Both the position numbers and the translations under genes were made by a program. A DNA stretch of 64,000 nucleotides. Source: an uncultured bacterium (GTDB taxonomy: Bacteria > Bacillota > Clostridia > Lachnospirales > Lachnospiraceae). The stretch covers positions 9,519 to 73,518 of the forward strand of contig CAJMMS010000002.1 of the NCBI GenBank assembly GCA_905214675.1, given 5' to 3'. Position 1 is the stretch's first letter. Each line of letters opens with the position of its first letter. Shown here piece by piece: positions 29,849 to 39,357 of this stretch. Under the pieces are notes generated by a model. That model saw nothing but the letters and a program-made list of their open reading frames with translations. It was not told the DNA's origin and made no database searches.

Positions 29849-31258
29849 TTACTCCTCACCGTTGAAGCAGTAGGTACAGATATCGCATGGCTTGATTCCG
29901 ATCGACTTGATCAGGTCATCGAGTCGGTGATAACGAAGACTGGTGAAATTCTGGATGCGGCAGATTTCATCGAGCATTGCCTGATAACGTTCGCTGTTAG
30001 GGTCTGCATATTCTTCCAGATATTTCTCCGCATCTTTTCCTTCGCGTTCCAGGATCACTCTTCTGGTGATCAGATCCAGTTCGGATTTGGAGCGGGAGAA
30101 GTTCAGGAATTTACATCCGTAGAGCAGCGGAGGACACGCCGGTCTGACGTGGACTTCTCTGGCACCGCTCTGGTACAGGAATTCGGTTGTCTCACGAAGC
30201 TGTGTACCGCGGACGATGGAATCATCGATCAGAAGCAGCTTTTTGTTCTTGATCAGGGCGTGTACCGGGATCAGTTTCATGCGGGCGATCAGTTCTCGCT
30301 GGCGCTGGTCTGTCGGCATAAAGGAACGTGGCCAGGTCGGTGTATATTTAATGAAAGGACGGGCAAATGGAACACCGGATTCATTGGCATATCCGATGGC
30401 ATGTGCGATACCGGAGTCCGGGACACCGGCTACAATATCAGGATCGACACTTCCTTTATCGCGTTTTGCCAGAAGTGCACCGCAGTTATAACGCATTTCT
30501 TCTACGTTTACGCCTTCGTAACTGGAGGTCGGATAACCATAATAAACCCACAGGAAAGAACAGATCTTCATTTTCTTGCGGGGCGGAACAAGTGTTTCAA
30601 GACTCTCAGGTGTAAAATATACGATCTCGCCAGGGCCTAATTCTTTTACATCGCTGTAGCCAAGATTGATATAAGAAAAGCATTCGAATGCTGCACAATA
30701 GGCACCTTCACGGTGTCCAATGACAAGTGGAGTTCTTCCGTGGATATCTCTGGCCGCATAAATACCGTCTTTTGTCATGATCAGCAGCGTCAGAGAACCA
30801 TCGATGGCTTCCTGGGCATAACGGATACCGTTTTCGAAGCTGTCCTGTTTGCAGATCAGTGCGGCAACAAGTTCCGTGGCGTTGATCTGACCGCCGCTCA
30901 TCTCCTGGAAATGTGAATGACCGTCTTCGTAAATCTTATTCAGCAGTTCGTCCGCATTATTGATCTTTCCGACCGTTGTGATTGCAAAACTTCCAAGATG
31001 CGACTGGATCAGAAGCGGCTGCGGTTCGTAATCAGAAATACAGCCAATACCGAGATTTCCGGTCAGTTCTTCTACATCGCGTTCAAATTTTGTACGGAAT
31101 GGAGAATTTTCGATGTTGTGGATAGAGCGGCAGAAACCGTCCGATCCATGTGTAGCCATACCGCCGCGGCGTGTCCCTAAGTGAGAATGATAATCTACTC
31201 CGTAGAACAAGTCCATGATACAATCTGTTTTTGAAGCAACTCCAAATAGTCCTCCCAT
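29849..31258 (-). CDS. purF: Amidophosphoribosyltransferase homolog lacking the N-terminal nucleophile Cys
   Basis: ARDIHGRTPL, GVPDSG, PRPP-binding IDDSIVRGT, Fe-S cysteines including CTYC; N-terminus is MGGLFG rather than MCG. Confidence 0.85.
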   Translation of the reverse strand: MGGLFGVASKTDCIMDLFYGVDYHSHLGTRRGGMATHGSDGFCRSIHNIENSPFRTKFERDVEELTGNLGIGCISDYEPQPLLIQSHLGSFAITTVGKINNADELLNKIYEDGHSHFQEMSGGQINATELVAALICKQDSFENGIRYAQEAIDGSLTLLIMTKDGIYAARDIHGRTPLVIGHREGAYCAAFECFSYINLGYSDVKELGPGEIVYFTPESLETLVPPRKKMKICSFLWVYYGYPTSSYEGVNVEEMRYNCGALLAKRDKGSVDPDIVAGVPDSGIAHAIGYANESGVPFARPFIKYTPTWPRSFMPTDQRQRELIARMKLIPVHALIKNKKLLLIDDSIVRGTQLRETTEFLYQSGAREVHVRPACPPLLYGCKFLNFSRSKSELDLITRRVILEREGKDAEKYLEEYADPNSERYQAMLDEICRIQNFTSLRYHRLDDLIKSIGIKPCDICTYCFNGEE

Positions 31259-31431
31259 GTGCTAAATCTCCTTTATCTGAGTGTGTCTGTCCAGAATTCC
31301 GAAATACGGGAAAATATTCCAAACAGCGTATTGTATGATGTTATGATGCCGGAAGCAACCAGACGGATTCAAGAATGCCTTTGACATTCTTGCTGTGGCT
31401 TGCGGGCATCACGTAGAGTGTAACATAAAAA

Positions 31432-31460
31432 AATTCGGGTGTCAAAACACCCGAAAAATT
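31432..31460 (-). terminator. Terminator after fbp
   Basis: On the minus strand TTCGGGTGT-TTTG-ACACCCGAA followed by a T-run. Confidence 0.7.
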
Positions 31461-33349
31461 TATTCTATTGTGCCTTCACGGTAAGCCTGAAGCAGCATTT
31501 TCAATCCTTTGATATCTTCCAGAATCTTTTTGCCGGTATCGGTATTGCGTACCATCAGCCGCTGCCGCTCCGTTTCGACCAGTTCAGATCTGGATTCGAT
31601 GTCTTTATTTTCGGTCAGTGCGGCGTAGACGCTCTGGAATGGCTGGTGGGATTTGATGCGGATGCCGTGCGAATTGAAGATCAGCGTGTATCCGGCGATA
31701 CCGGTTGTTTTGTGGTAACTTTTGCAGAATCCGCCGTCGATCACCATCAGACGGCCGTTTGCGCGTACCGGGTGTTCCCCTCTGGAGGTGCGTACCGGGG
31801 TGTGTCCATTGATGATATGTGACCTATCAGAATAAAGATTAAATTCATGAAGGATCATATTGCAGATTTTTTCCTGCTCGTAGTACTGATAATAAGGGTT
31901 GGATGCCTCATGCCAGGTACTTTCATCTTTTACATAAGTACGCTCAAACGTTTTGATATTTCTGCCGGACAACGGTGATTTTCTGCCGCACCAGAGATAC
32001 CACATAAAATCCAGTTCTTTTTGTGTGGCATCTTTGGACCAGGCACGCCTTGCGATCCGCTCGGCATAATCCAGATAATCACGTCCGCGGTAACGTTTTT
32101 GATGGAATACAACTCCTTCAAGATTGCCGCTCTCATCGAGCGGTACACAGCCGTGGAAGAGAAGGTTTCCATTAAAAATGCGGTACATGCTGCCTTTCTG
32201 ATAGAGAAAATCCATATGCTGACGCAGACGGACACTGCCGACAAATGCCATGCGAAGCCCTTCCATTACTTGCTTTTCTTCCACGGTCAGTTCGTAAGAA
32301 ACTTCCGGACTGGAAGGATCAAAAGAAACGGTCGGAAAAGTTTCTTCGCAGATCTCATAGTCTGTGCCAGCGATGCAGACGGTGTGATTTTGGACGTTGA
32401 CTTGATGGAGCAGCAGTTTGTCGCTCATCTGATAATCTGGGTTTCGAAGAATCACCTGTCCTTCCAGTTTAAATAAAAGGACAGAAATGGTCTTTAATGC
32501 CGCTTCCATCGGCTCTGTATCCGGATAAAGCTTTTCAGCAAACAGCGTCAGATCACGCAGGCTGATACCGTAGCTGTTTTCCAGAATGCGGATGTTATGA
32601 TATTTTAAATTATTTCTTATGACGGTAGCGATACATGCCTCACTTCCGGCAGCAGCACCCATCCAGAGAATGTCATGATTTCCCCATTCAATGTCCAGAG
32701 AGTGATAATTCATCAGAAGATCCATGATCCGGTCGGCACATGGTCCGCGGTCAAAAATATCTCCGACAATGTGCAGATGATCGACGGCGAGGCGTTTGAT
32801 CAGGGCGGCAAGCACTTCGATAAATGCATCGGCACTGTCAAGTTCCAGCAAAGTATCGATGATATTCTGATGATAGGCAACCTGATTGTCGTCCTCATCC
32901 TTCTGAACATGGATCAGCTCATCCAGAATATAAGCGTACTCATCCGGCATCGCTTTACGCACTTTGGAACGCGTATATTTGGAGGAGAGAAGGCGGGCAA
33001 TCTCAATCAGCTCGCCGAGGATCACACGGTACCATTCTTCGTTGTTACGGCTCTCTTTTTTCATCATTTCCAGTTTTTCAACCGGATAATAGATCAGCGT
33101 GCAGATTTCTTCCCGGTCGATATCCGAGAGTGTTTCCTCGAAAAGCAGATCCACTTTCTCACGGATCACACCGGAACAGTTATTTAAAATATGGCAGAAA
33201 GCTTCATATTCTCCGTGCAGGTCGCTCATAAAATGCTCTGTGCCTTTCGGAAGACCGAGAATCGCTTTCAGGTTGATAATCTCACGGCATACAGCCTGCT
33301 CCGTCGGATATTTTTCCGCAAGCAGTTCCAGATATTTTTCGTCTTTCAT
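31460..33349 (-). CDS. fbp: Fructose-1,6-bisphosphatase class III (Firmicutes type)
   Basis: LPKGTEHFMSDLHGE, GDIFDRGP, WGNHD, HGCVP, INGHTP, IDGGF. Confidence 0.95.
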   Translation of the reverse strand: MKDEKYLELLAEKYPTEQAVCREIINLKAILGLPKGTEHFMSDLHGEYEAFCHILNNCSGVIREKVDLLFEETLSDIDREEICTLIYYPVEKLEMMKKESRNNEEWYRVILGELIEIARLLSSKYTRSKVRKAMPDEYAYILDELIHVQKDEDDNQVAYHQNIIDTLLELDSADAFIEVLAALIKRLAVDHLHIVGDIFDRGPCADRIMDLLMNYHSLDIEWGNHDILWMGAAAGSEACIATVIRNNLKYHNIRILENSYGISLRDLTLFAEKLYPDTEPMEAALKTISVLLFKLEGQVILRNPDYQMSDKLLLHQVNVQNHTVCIAGTDYEICEETFPTVSFDPSSPEVSYELTVEEKQVMEGLRMAFVGSVRLRQHMDFLYQKGSMYRIFNGNLLFHGCVPLDESGNLEGVVFHQKRYRGRDYLDYAERIARRAWSKDATQKELDFMWYLWCGRKSPLSGRNIKTFERTYVKDESTWHEASNPYYQYYEQEKICNMILHEFNLYSDRSHIINGHTPVRTSRGEHPVRANGRLMVIDGGFCKSYHKTTGIAGYTLIFNSHGIRIKSHQPFQSVYAALTENKDIESRSELVETERQRLMVRNTDTGKKILEDIKGLKMLLQAYREGTIE

Positions 33350-33380
33350 AGTCAAATCTCCATTTAAAGATGATGCGGCA

Positions 33381-34787
33381 TTATTTTTCTTTGCGTTCGT
33401 AATCTTTTAAGGAATCGATCGCCTGTCCGGACAGCGGGATCAGTGCCATCATATTGAAGATGGTCATCAGCCCGATGCCGACATCCCCGAGATCCCAGAC
33501 AAAGGTGTAAGCGGCAAGCCCGCCGATAAATAGCATGACAAGTGCCAGGATTTTATAGGCGGTCTGTGACAGCCAGTTGTCTCCGAACAGGTAGGCAACG
33601 TTGGAACGTGCATAGAACAGAATGCCGATAAACGTGGAAAAACTGAACAGAAACAGGATCACGGCGATAAAGATGACGCCGAATTCGCCCAGATGGTACT
33701 GCATGGCACTCTGAAGCAGATCCATCCCCTGAAGTCCGGTGATCTTATCAGCCGGAGCCAGCAGCATCAGCATCGCGGAACAGGTACAGATCAGGATAGT
33801 ATCGATAAAGACACCGAATGCCTGCATAAGGCCTGCCTTTGCCGGATGGCTGATATCGGCGGCAGCGGCGGCACATGGAGCAGATCCGCTACCGGCTTCA
33901 TTTGAGAACAGACCACGTTTGATCCCGTTCATCAAAACCGCACCGAATCCGCCGGCAGCCACCTGACGGATACCGAAAGCCTCCTCAAAAATCTGCCGGA
34001 ATACAGAAGGAACAGCCCCTATATTTTTGATGATCACAAACAGTGTGATCAGAAGGTAGCATCCTGCCATAACAGGAACAATGACATCCAGTACGTGTAC
34101 GGTAGCATTTTTGCGAAGTACGACGACCGCAGCCACAACAACAAGAAAAATGGTGGTGTACAGCGGCGGGATATGAAAGGCATTCTTCATGGCAGAACTT
34201 ACGGAGTTGCTGATAACCTGGCTGATGCCGCACCAGCAGATCAGACCGGAGATCGCAAACAGAATGGCGATCAGGCTGCGGCGTTTTTCTTTTGCCTGCC
34301 CGGACTGCTTTTTCGAGATCCGCTTTGTCATAAAATCATGGATATAATAAGCAGGACCGCCGCGGTAGCCACCGTAGAGCGGATCCTTCTGGCGGTAGAT
34401 CTGAGCCAGCGTGCCTTCTGCAAAAGCAGTGGAAGAACCAAGCAGGGCAAGCAGCCACATCCAGAATACCGCACCGGCACCGCCGGCGGAAATGGCAGCG
34501 ACAACGCCGACCAGATTGCCCATGCCGACACGGGTGGCGGTGGCAACGATCAGAGCCTGCAGACCGGAAATACTGCCAGCCTGAGAATGTTCGTTTTTCT
34601 CCATGGCGATCTTCAGCATATGAGGAAACCTGCGGATCAGGACAAACCGGGTGCGGATCGTAAAATAGATCCCGGCCGGAACCAGAAGAAGCACAAGAAG
34701 CGAGAGACCGACCGAACTGCCGCCCGGAAGCGGCAGCGTGATCAGGTCACCCCATAAAAAATTGTAGACTGCGGTAATGATATTCAT
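33381..34787 (-). CDS. Alanine/glycine:cation symporter (AGCS family)
   Basis: RVGMGN, GGAGAVFWMW, RGGPAYYI, KRGLFSNEAGSGS; ATG at 34787 follows AGGGGG. Confidence 0.92.
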   Translation of the reverse strand: MNIITAVYNFLWGDLITLPLPGGSSVGLSLLVLLLVPAGIYFTIRTRFVLIRRFPHMLKIAMEKNEHSQAGSISGLQALIVATATRVGMGNLVGVVAAISAGGAGAVFWMWLLALLGSSTAFAEGTLAQIYRQKDPLYGGYRGGPAYYIHDFMTKRISKKQSGQAKEKRRSLIAILFAISGLICWCGISQVISNSVSSAMKNAFHIPPLYTTIFLVVVAAVVVLRKNATVHVLDVIVPVMAGCYLLITLFVIIKNIGAVPSVFRQIFEEAFGIRQVAAGGFGAVLMNGIKRGLFSNEAGSGSAPCAAAAADISHPAKAGLMQAFGVFIDTILICTCSAMLMLLAPADKITGLQGMDLLQSAMQYHLGEFGVIFIAVILFLFSFSTFIGILFYARSNVAYLFGDNWLSQTAYKILALVMLFIGGLAAYTFVWDLGDVGIGLMTIFNMMALIPLSGQAIDSLKDYERKEK

Positions 34788-35018
34788 AATAAAAATCCCC
34801 CTGTAAAATTTCGGATGCCTGTACCGGACATGAAATGACGACACTTTTGCAGGCTGCATCAGCAGATTAGTATCAGCCGCACAATGCGATCGCCCGTCCG
34901 CTTATCGCTGACCTTTTTAAACTGTTGTAAAAATGACTGATAATGGTAGCATCCTGTGGTAAACTATAGTATACTTTACTTACATAGATTTGTAAAATGA
35001 ATGATAATAATTTAAACC

Positions 35019-35033
35019 ATCGAAAAAACCGAT
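35019..35033. promoter_or_regulatory. Putative LysR recognition site
   Basis: ATCG-N7-CGAT dyad (T-N11-A) in the divergent symporter/LysR intergenic region. Confidence 0.55.
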
Positions 35034-35106
35034 TAACAATGATAGTGGAGAAAAATATTTTTTTCTGTGCAGTGTATTCCGTTTTTTGATACAAGGAGAC
35101 CAGATC

Positions 35107-35994
35107 ATGGACATGAAAAACATCAACACATTTATTTACACCGCCGAACTTGGCAGTTTCACAAAAGCCGCCGAGCTTTTAGGTTATTCACAGTCTACAG
35201 TTTCATTCCAGATTCGGCAGCTGGAGGAGGAGCTTGGCACCGTTCTTTTTGAGAGGATCAACCGCACGGTGGCACTGACGGACCGGGGTAAGGAGATCCT
35301 GCGTTATGCCCATCGCATGAAGCAGCTTGCCGGTGAGATGCAGGAGATGGTGCAGCCAAAGCAGGAGGTGCGTGGACATCTGCGGATCGCCATGTCCGAT
35401 TCTTTATGCGAGGAGATTGCGGAGAAACTGTTTATTCTTTTGCAGCAGAAGTACCCGGAGGTTACGATGAAGATCGTGATCGCCGGCACAGATGAGATGT
35501 TCCGGCTTTTAAATCAGAATCAGGTGGATTTTGTATACACACTGGACCGTCACATTTATCACAGTGATTATGTGATCGTCACGGAGAGCCGGGAGGCAGT
35601 GCATTTTGTGACAGGATATCAGAACAGATTAAGCAGAAAGAATCAGATCCTATTGGAAGATCTGATCTGCCAGCCGTTTATCCTCACGGAAAAAGAAATG
35701 AGTTACCGCAAGCTTTTAAGTGAATATCTGGCGAGCAGGTCGCTGGAGATCCAGCCGGTTTTTGAAGTGGGTAATACAGAACTGATCTGCAGGATGCTGG
35801 AAAAAAACACATCGGTAGTCTCGCTTCTGCCAGATTATGTAACAGAAAAGGCAGTACGGGAAAAAAGACTGGTGCGCTTGGATGTGAAAGATTTTCAGCT
35901 TGAGATATGGAAACAGCTCTTATATCACAGAGATAAATGGATCTCACCGCAGATGCAGGCATTTATGAATGTAATAAAAGAGGTGCAGGCATGA
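35107..35994 (+). CDS. LysR-family transcriptional regulator
   Basis: GSFTKAAELLGYSQSTVSFQIRQLEEELG..LFER HTH; divergent from the symporter. Confidence 0.95.
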   Translation: MDMKNINTFIYTAELGSFTKAAELLGYSQSTVSFQIRQLEEELGTVLFERINRTVALTDRGKEILRYAHRMKQLAGEMQEMVQPKQEVRGHLRIAMSDSLCEEIAEKLFILLQQKYPEVTMKIVIAGTDEMFRLLNQNQVDFVYTLDRHIYHSDYVIVTESREAVHFVTGYQNRLSRKNQILLEDLICQPFILTEKEMSYRKLLSEYLASRSLEIQPVFEVGNTELICRMLEKNTSVVSLLPDYVTEKAVREKRLVRLDVKDFQLEIWKQLLYHRDKWISPQMQAFMNVIKEVQA

Positions 35995-36017
35995 AGAATT
36001 TGATGCCTGCTATCAGA

Positions 36018-36060
36018 GGGAGGCGGATATGCGAAGGCAGATTTGGATCTCCCCTTTTTC
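36018..36060 (+). terminator. Terminator-like hairpin after lysR
   Basis: GGGAG...GC-GAAG-GC...CTCCC followed by a T-run. Confidence 0.55.
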
Positions 36061-36084
36061 TGACTGATTTATATTACAAAAAGA

Positions 36085-36113
36085 TTGACACAGAACGCTT
36101 ATACATGTATAAT
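36085..36113 (+). promoter_or_regulatory. Consensus sigma-A promoter upstream of the Rpn-like gene
   Basis: Perfect TTGACA-17 nt-TATAAT. Confidence 0.8.
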
Positions 36114-36406
36114 AATCACAAAATGATTTTAAAATAAATTCTATCTAACTTTCATTGCCGTTCGGCAGGAAAATCCAACAAAACTTCATACCTGCACAGA
36201 GTGGCTTGAAAAATACAAAAATGATATCTTAGGAGAACTTTTTGACAAAACAATATTTGCAAATGGTTCGTTACAAAATGAGTTTCACGATTTTGATATC
36301 TCAGGCTGTTTTGTATCAGGAAAATATCAGCAAAGCTGATCAGAATTGCGTGTCAGGTTTTGCGTACATTTCAATTGAATCAATACAAAAAGAAAAGGAG
36401 CAGCCT

Positions 36407-37000
36407 ATGGGAGAAAAAGATATTACAGAGAAACTGCTGGAAGATTATAATGATGTATTTGCAGATATTATAAACGGACTGATTTTTAAGGGAGAACAGC
36501 GGATTTTGCCGGAATCTCTAAAAAATGCACAGGTTCATTCTCAATATAAAGCAGAGGACGGAAAAGTGCATGAACTGGAAAGAGATGTGATAAAATACTG
36601 GAAAGAAAAAGAAGTCGAATTGGCGATCTGCGGAATCGAAAACCAAAGCAATGTGAAAAAATATATGCCATTTCGTGTTATAGGATATGACGGTGCTGCA
36701 TATCGTAGCCAGTTACTGGATGACAGAAAAGAAATCTTACCGGTCATGACCGGAGATGAACGATATCAGAAAATATTTCAGGAAAAGAGAGGAGTTAAAA
36801 GTATGTGTGATGTAGCAGAAAGACTCGAAAAAATGGGAATGGAAAAAGGGCTGGAAAAAGGGTTGGAAATTGGCAAAAATACAGGTATTCGCGAAGAGAA
36901 AATCCGTGTATACAAGAAACTTCTTGAAAAAGGATTTTCAGAACAGGAAGCACAGGAGATAACGGAACTTCCGGAGTCACTGGGGATGCAAAACTGTTAA
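36407..37000 (+). pseudogene. Rpn-family / PD-(D/E)XK nuclease ('transposase-like') gene, apparently deleted in frame internally
   Basis: KDITEKLL..YNDVFADIIN, ERDV.K, GIENQ, MPFRVIGYDG; jumps from PVMT directly to GDERY; EKGLEKG repeat tail; only 197 aa. Confidence 0.65.
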
Positions 37001-37035
37001 AAATATGATCAAATAGTGACTGAGATACGGAAGAT

Positions 37036-37070
37036 CTGCGGCAGAAAACAACTGCCGCGGATTTTTTCTT
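37036..37070 (+). terminator. Terminator after the Rpn-like gene
   Basis: CTGCGGCAG-N7-CTGCCGCGG followed by a T-run. Confidence 0.7.
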
Positions 37071-37158
37071 TTTTCGGCAAGAATCCGGTTTGAAAAATGG
37101 CAGATTCTATGATAGAATAGAGTGCATAATTTGAGAACGTGACAGGGAGCATTGAAAA

Positions 37159-37725
37159 ATGAAAAAGAAACTGGCCGTATTTTTTCCGGGGAGACGCTAT
37201 GGTGTAGACTGCCCGCTGCTTTATTATGCAGAGTCGATCTGCAGGGAAAAGGGATATGATACGCTGCTGATGCACTATTCGGAGTACAGGGACAAAAAAG
37301 ACATGATCACCATCGAAGAGAATATCAGACAGACGCTGTCTTATGTGCGTGGACGGATCAGGGAAAGAGATCTCACAGGATATGATGAGATTCTTTTTGT
37401 GTCAAAGAGCCTGGGAACGGTATCGGCGGGATGGCTTGCAGATGCACTGGAGAAGGAAAAACGTGTGAAACCGGGAACGATCCGTCATATTTTCATGACA
37501 CCGCTTGCACAGACCTTCCCGTATATGCAAAAGGGAAGATGCATTGTGATAAGTGGAGAGCTGGATCGCTATCTGGAACGGAAAAAATTAAAAAAATTCT
37601 GTAAAAAGCATGAGATTATGTGGTATTGTTTCCCGGATGTCGGGCACAGTATGGAACATGAAAAAATCAAAGATACCCTGAAGACAATGAAGAAGATCAT
37701 GAAGATCGTGGAAAATTATGTATGA
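37159..37725 (+). CDS. Alpha/beta hydrolase-fold protein
   Basis: FFPGRRY, SKSLG nucleophile elbow, GELD, GHS. Confidence 0.75.
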   Translation: MKKKLAVFFPGRRYGVDCPLLYYAESICREKGYDTLLMHYSEYRDKKDMITIEENIRQTLSYVRGRIRERDLTGYDEILFVSKSLGTVSAGWLADALEKEKRVKPGTIRHIFMTPLAQTFPYMQKGRCIVISGELDRYLERKKLKKFCKKHEIMWYCFPDVGHSMEHEKIKDTLKTMKKIMKIVENYV

Positions 37726-37900
37726 TACCAGGGAACCAATATGAGCATAAAAGTGGGATGCTGCTCCAACGATATGCGAATACTGGGGTGCTATGTGCCA
37801 GTGGCACATGTTTAGCACCGACCGAAGCGGAGCGTAGAAAGGATTGTGAGAATGGAAAACATAGAACAATCCGCAGGTAGCATAAGTTGATGGGCTTTGA
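37721..37900. repeat. Composite intergenic repeat: homolog of the 40448 element plus a nested REP-like palindrome
   Basis: TATGATACCAGGGA...GGATTGT..ACAATCC..GGTAGCATA shared with 40448-40503; inner GGTGCT-ATGTGCCAGTGGCACAT-..AGCACC-GACCGAAGCGGAGCG. Confidence 0.6.
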
Positions 37901-37949
37901 CCTCAACACCATATTATTAAAAAATACAATACAATCTGGAGGAAACAGG

Positions 37950-39320
37950 ATGAAAAAATATGACGTGATCATTATCGGAGCAGGTCCGGGAGGTATTTTT
38001 TCCGCATACGAGCTTCTGAAGAGTAATGAAAATCTGAAGATCGCCGTTTTTGAAGAAGGACACACACTGGAAAAGAGGAAATGTCCGATTGACGGCAAAA
38101 AGATCAAGAGCTGCATCCACTGCAAAAGCTGTTCGATCATGAGTGGATTTGGAGGTGCAGGAGCATTTTCCGATGGCAAATACAATATTACCAATGATTT
38201 TGGCGGTACGCTTTATGAGTACATCGGCAAAGAGAAAGCGCTGGAGCTGATGCGGTATGTCGATGAGATCAATATGCAGTACGGCGGGGAGGGTACGAAG
38301 CTTTATTCCACAGCCGGAACGAAATTCAAGAAACTCTGTCTGCAGAACCGTCTGCAGCTTTTAAATGCATCGGTAAGACACCTGGGAACGGATGTCAACT
38401 ATATCGTGCTGCAGAATCTGTATGCATGGCTTAAGGACAAGGCGGATTTTTATTTTGATACGCCGGTGCAGCACATTGAAAAGAAGGAAGAAGGTTATCA
38501 GATCGTCTGTGAAGAGGAAAATTATGCATGTGAAAAATGTGTGGTTTCCGTTGGACGAAGCGGAAGCAAGTGGATGGAAAAGGTCTGTGCGGAGATGGGC
38601 ATTCCGACCAGTTCCAACCGTGTGGACTTAGGCGTCCGCGTAGAGCTTCCGGCTGTGATCTTTTCTCATCTGACGGATGAACTTTATGAGAGTAAGATCG
38701 TCTATCGCACGAAGCAGTTCGAGGACAATGTGCGCACGTTCTGCATGAATCCGTACGGCATCGTTGTAAGCGAAAATACAAACGGCATCGTGACTGTAAA
38801 TGGCCACAGCTATGAAGATCCGGGCAAGCAGACGGAAAACACGAACTTTGCCCTGCTGGTCTCCAAACATTTTTCCGAGCCATTTAAGGACAGCAACGGA
38901 TACGGTGAGAGTATCGCCAGACTTTCCAATATGCTTGGCGGCGGTGTTATGGTCCAGCGCTTCGGGGATCTGGTACGAGGAAGAAGAAGTACCGTCAAAC
39001 GGGTGGAGGAAGGCATCGTCAGGCCGACGCTTTCCGCGACACCTGGAGACTTGAGCCTGGTACTGCCAAAGCGTATCCTGGACGGCATCATCGAGATGAT
39101 CTATGCACTTGACAAGATCGCACCGGGAACGGCAAACGATGACACGCTGCTCTATGGCGTGGAAGTGAAATTTTATAATATGGAAGTACAGCTTGATGAA
39201 CATCTTGAGAGCATCCACAAAGGTCTCTACATCATCGGAGACGGCAGTGGTGTGACACATTCTCTGTCCCATGCATCTGCAAGCGGCGTTTATGTGGCAA
39301 GAGAGATTCTGGAATCGTAA
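37950..39320 (+). CDS. FAD-dependent oxidoreductase (conserved, uncharacterised)
   Basis: IIGAGPGG Rossmann motif, GGAGAFSDGK, RTFCMNP, IGDGSG; ATG at 37950 follows GGAGG. Confidence 0.85.
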   Translation: MKKYDVIIIGAGPGGIFSAYELLKSNENLKIAVFEEGHTLEKRKCPIDGKKIKSCIHCKSCSIMSGFGGAGAFSDGKYNITNDFGGTLYEYIGKEKALELMRYVDEINMQYGGEGTKLYSTAGTKFKKLCLQNRLQLLNASVRHLGTDVNYIVLQNLYAWLKDKADFYFDTPVQHIEKKEEGYQIVCEEENYACEKCVVSVGRSGSKWMEKVCAEMGIPTSSNRVDLGVRVELPAVIFSHLTDELYESKIVYRTKQFEDNVRTFCMNPYGIVVSENTNGIVTVNGHSYEDPGKQTENTNFALLVSKHFSEPFKDSNGYGESIARLSNMLGGGVMVQRFGDLVRGRRSTVKRVEEGIVRPTLSATPGDLSLVLPKRILDGIIEMIYALDKIAPGTANDDTLLYGVEVKFYNMEVQLDEHLESIHKGLYIIGDGSGVTHSLSHASASGVYVAREILES

Positions 39321-39357
39321 CGCTCTGGTTCTTCACGATGGAAAAGAGGAGAGTCTG

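Noticed and set aside
34790..35010. Glycine riboswitch upstream of the AGCS symporter
   Set aside because: No GGAGA/CCGAAG/CTCTCAGG motifs on the minus strand; the divergent LysR and its dyad explain regulation better.
35991..36137. 48-codon ORF overlapping the lysR stop (ATGA, SD GAGGTG)
   Set aside because: It runs through a terminator hairpin and the next promoter and has no recognisable protein features; at most a relic.
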